In this document: positions 63,271 to 64,000 of the stretch, piece after piece
Numbering within the stretch: the stretch's first letter is position 1
How the letters are laid out: each line of letters starts with the position of its first letter
DNA from: Octopus vulgaris
Lineage: Eukaryota
NCBI GenBank assembly: GCA_951406725.2
Contig: OX597816.1
Coordinates: forward strand, 112,034,001-112,098,000
DNA: 64,000 bases
Direction of reading: 5' to 3'
The notes under the pieces: generated by a model
Told to the model about the DNA's origin: nothing
The model's input: the letters and a program-made list of their open reading frames with translations, nothing else
Database searches by the model: none
Made by a program: the position numbers and the translations under genes

Positions 63271-64000
63271 TGGTTTTATATTTGCTTTTTATGTTGGCAT
63301 GTGTCATAGCTGCTCTCCTAGATGGATCAAACAACTACATCTAGCTCATAAGTTTCTGGCTTGGTTTCTTATGATTGGATGCTCTTCCTAACACCAACCA
63401 TTTTCATAACTCCATTTTCATAACACCAACCATTTTATAAAGTGGCACCAGCACTAGAGAAACAGATGTGTCTTTGACAAGACTAAAAGGACCTCTCATA
63501 GTATATTTAAAACTAAATAATTTAATGAGTGCTTTCTCTTTTCTTTTATAATGTTGCTGCATGATATGAGGTAGATTTGGCAGCTATTTTTGACAAGTTG
63601 AGGCTGCACAGAGGCTTCTTAACTGGCCAGAGAAACTACTATTATTGTTGTCATATATCAACATATCCAGAAAGCTGCCCATATGGTTTCCTCATGCTGG
63701 CTTTATCTAGCTGTAATTTCTAATTTTTAGTTCAGCTTACATTATTTACAAGCCTACAAGGGAGCCTCTATATGGATAGTTAAGCTGCTAAATATGGCAG
63801 CTAAATGCCCTTCAAATATATCCAACCATCTTAGAAATAAAGGAAGAACACATTAGATACTGAAATATTAAATATACAAAAAATATACAAAAAATCCTAA
63901 ATATACAAAGTAAAAGAGCTAGGACTGTCACAGTTGCAACAACTTTGATTATAGATATGCTCAAACAAAGCTAATCTGAGATTAAACAACAGCAATTTTC

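Overview
AT-rich eukaryotic, repeat-dense, apparently intronic or intergenic DNA. The tRNA-derived SINE families and the microsatellite load look like an octopus (coleoid cephalopod) genome; that is an inference from the repeats, not a database hit. I find no intact host protein-coding gene, rRNA, true tRNA or CRISPR array, and most listed ORFs are microsatellite or SINE artefacts. The window is mostly decayed mobile elements: at least five SINE families, RTE and CR1 LINE relics, a Penelope GIY-YIG fragment, two convergent Ty3/gypsy pol relics, mariner, hAT and pogo/Tigger DNA elements, and a probable Helitron fragment with 23-aa repeats. The most notable observations are (1) an RTE LINE relic ending in three tandem C2H2 zinc fingers, (2) a foldback whose two arms each carry a minimal Penelope-type hammerhead ribozyme motif, (3) an open STPR-like repeat ORF behind a canonical small intron, and (4) a dense TF-motif cluster (TCF x2, X-box, M-box, CCAAT, Meis) near 61.5 kb. 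All translations and pairings were done by eye and boundaries of decayed elements are approximate. None of these is shown to be a new system; they are testable candidates.
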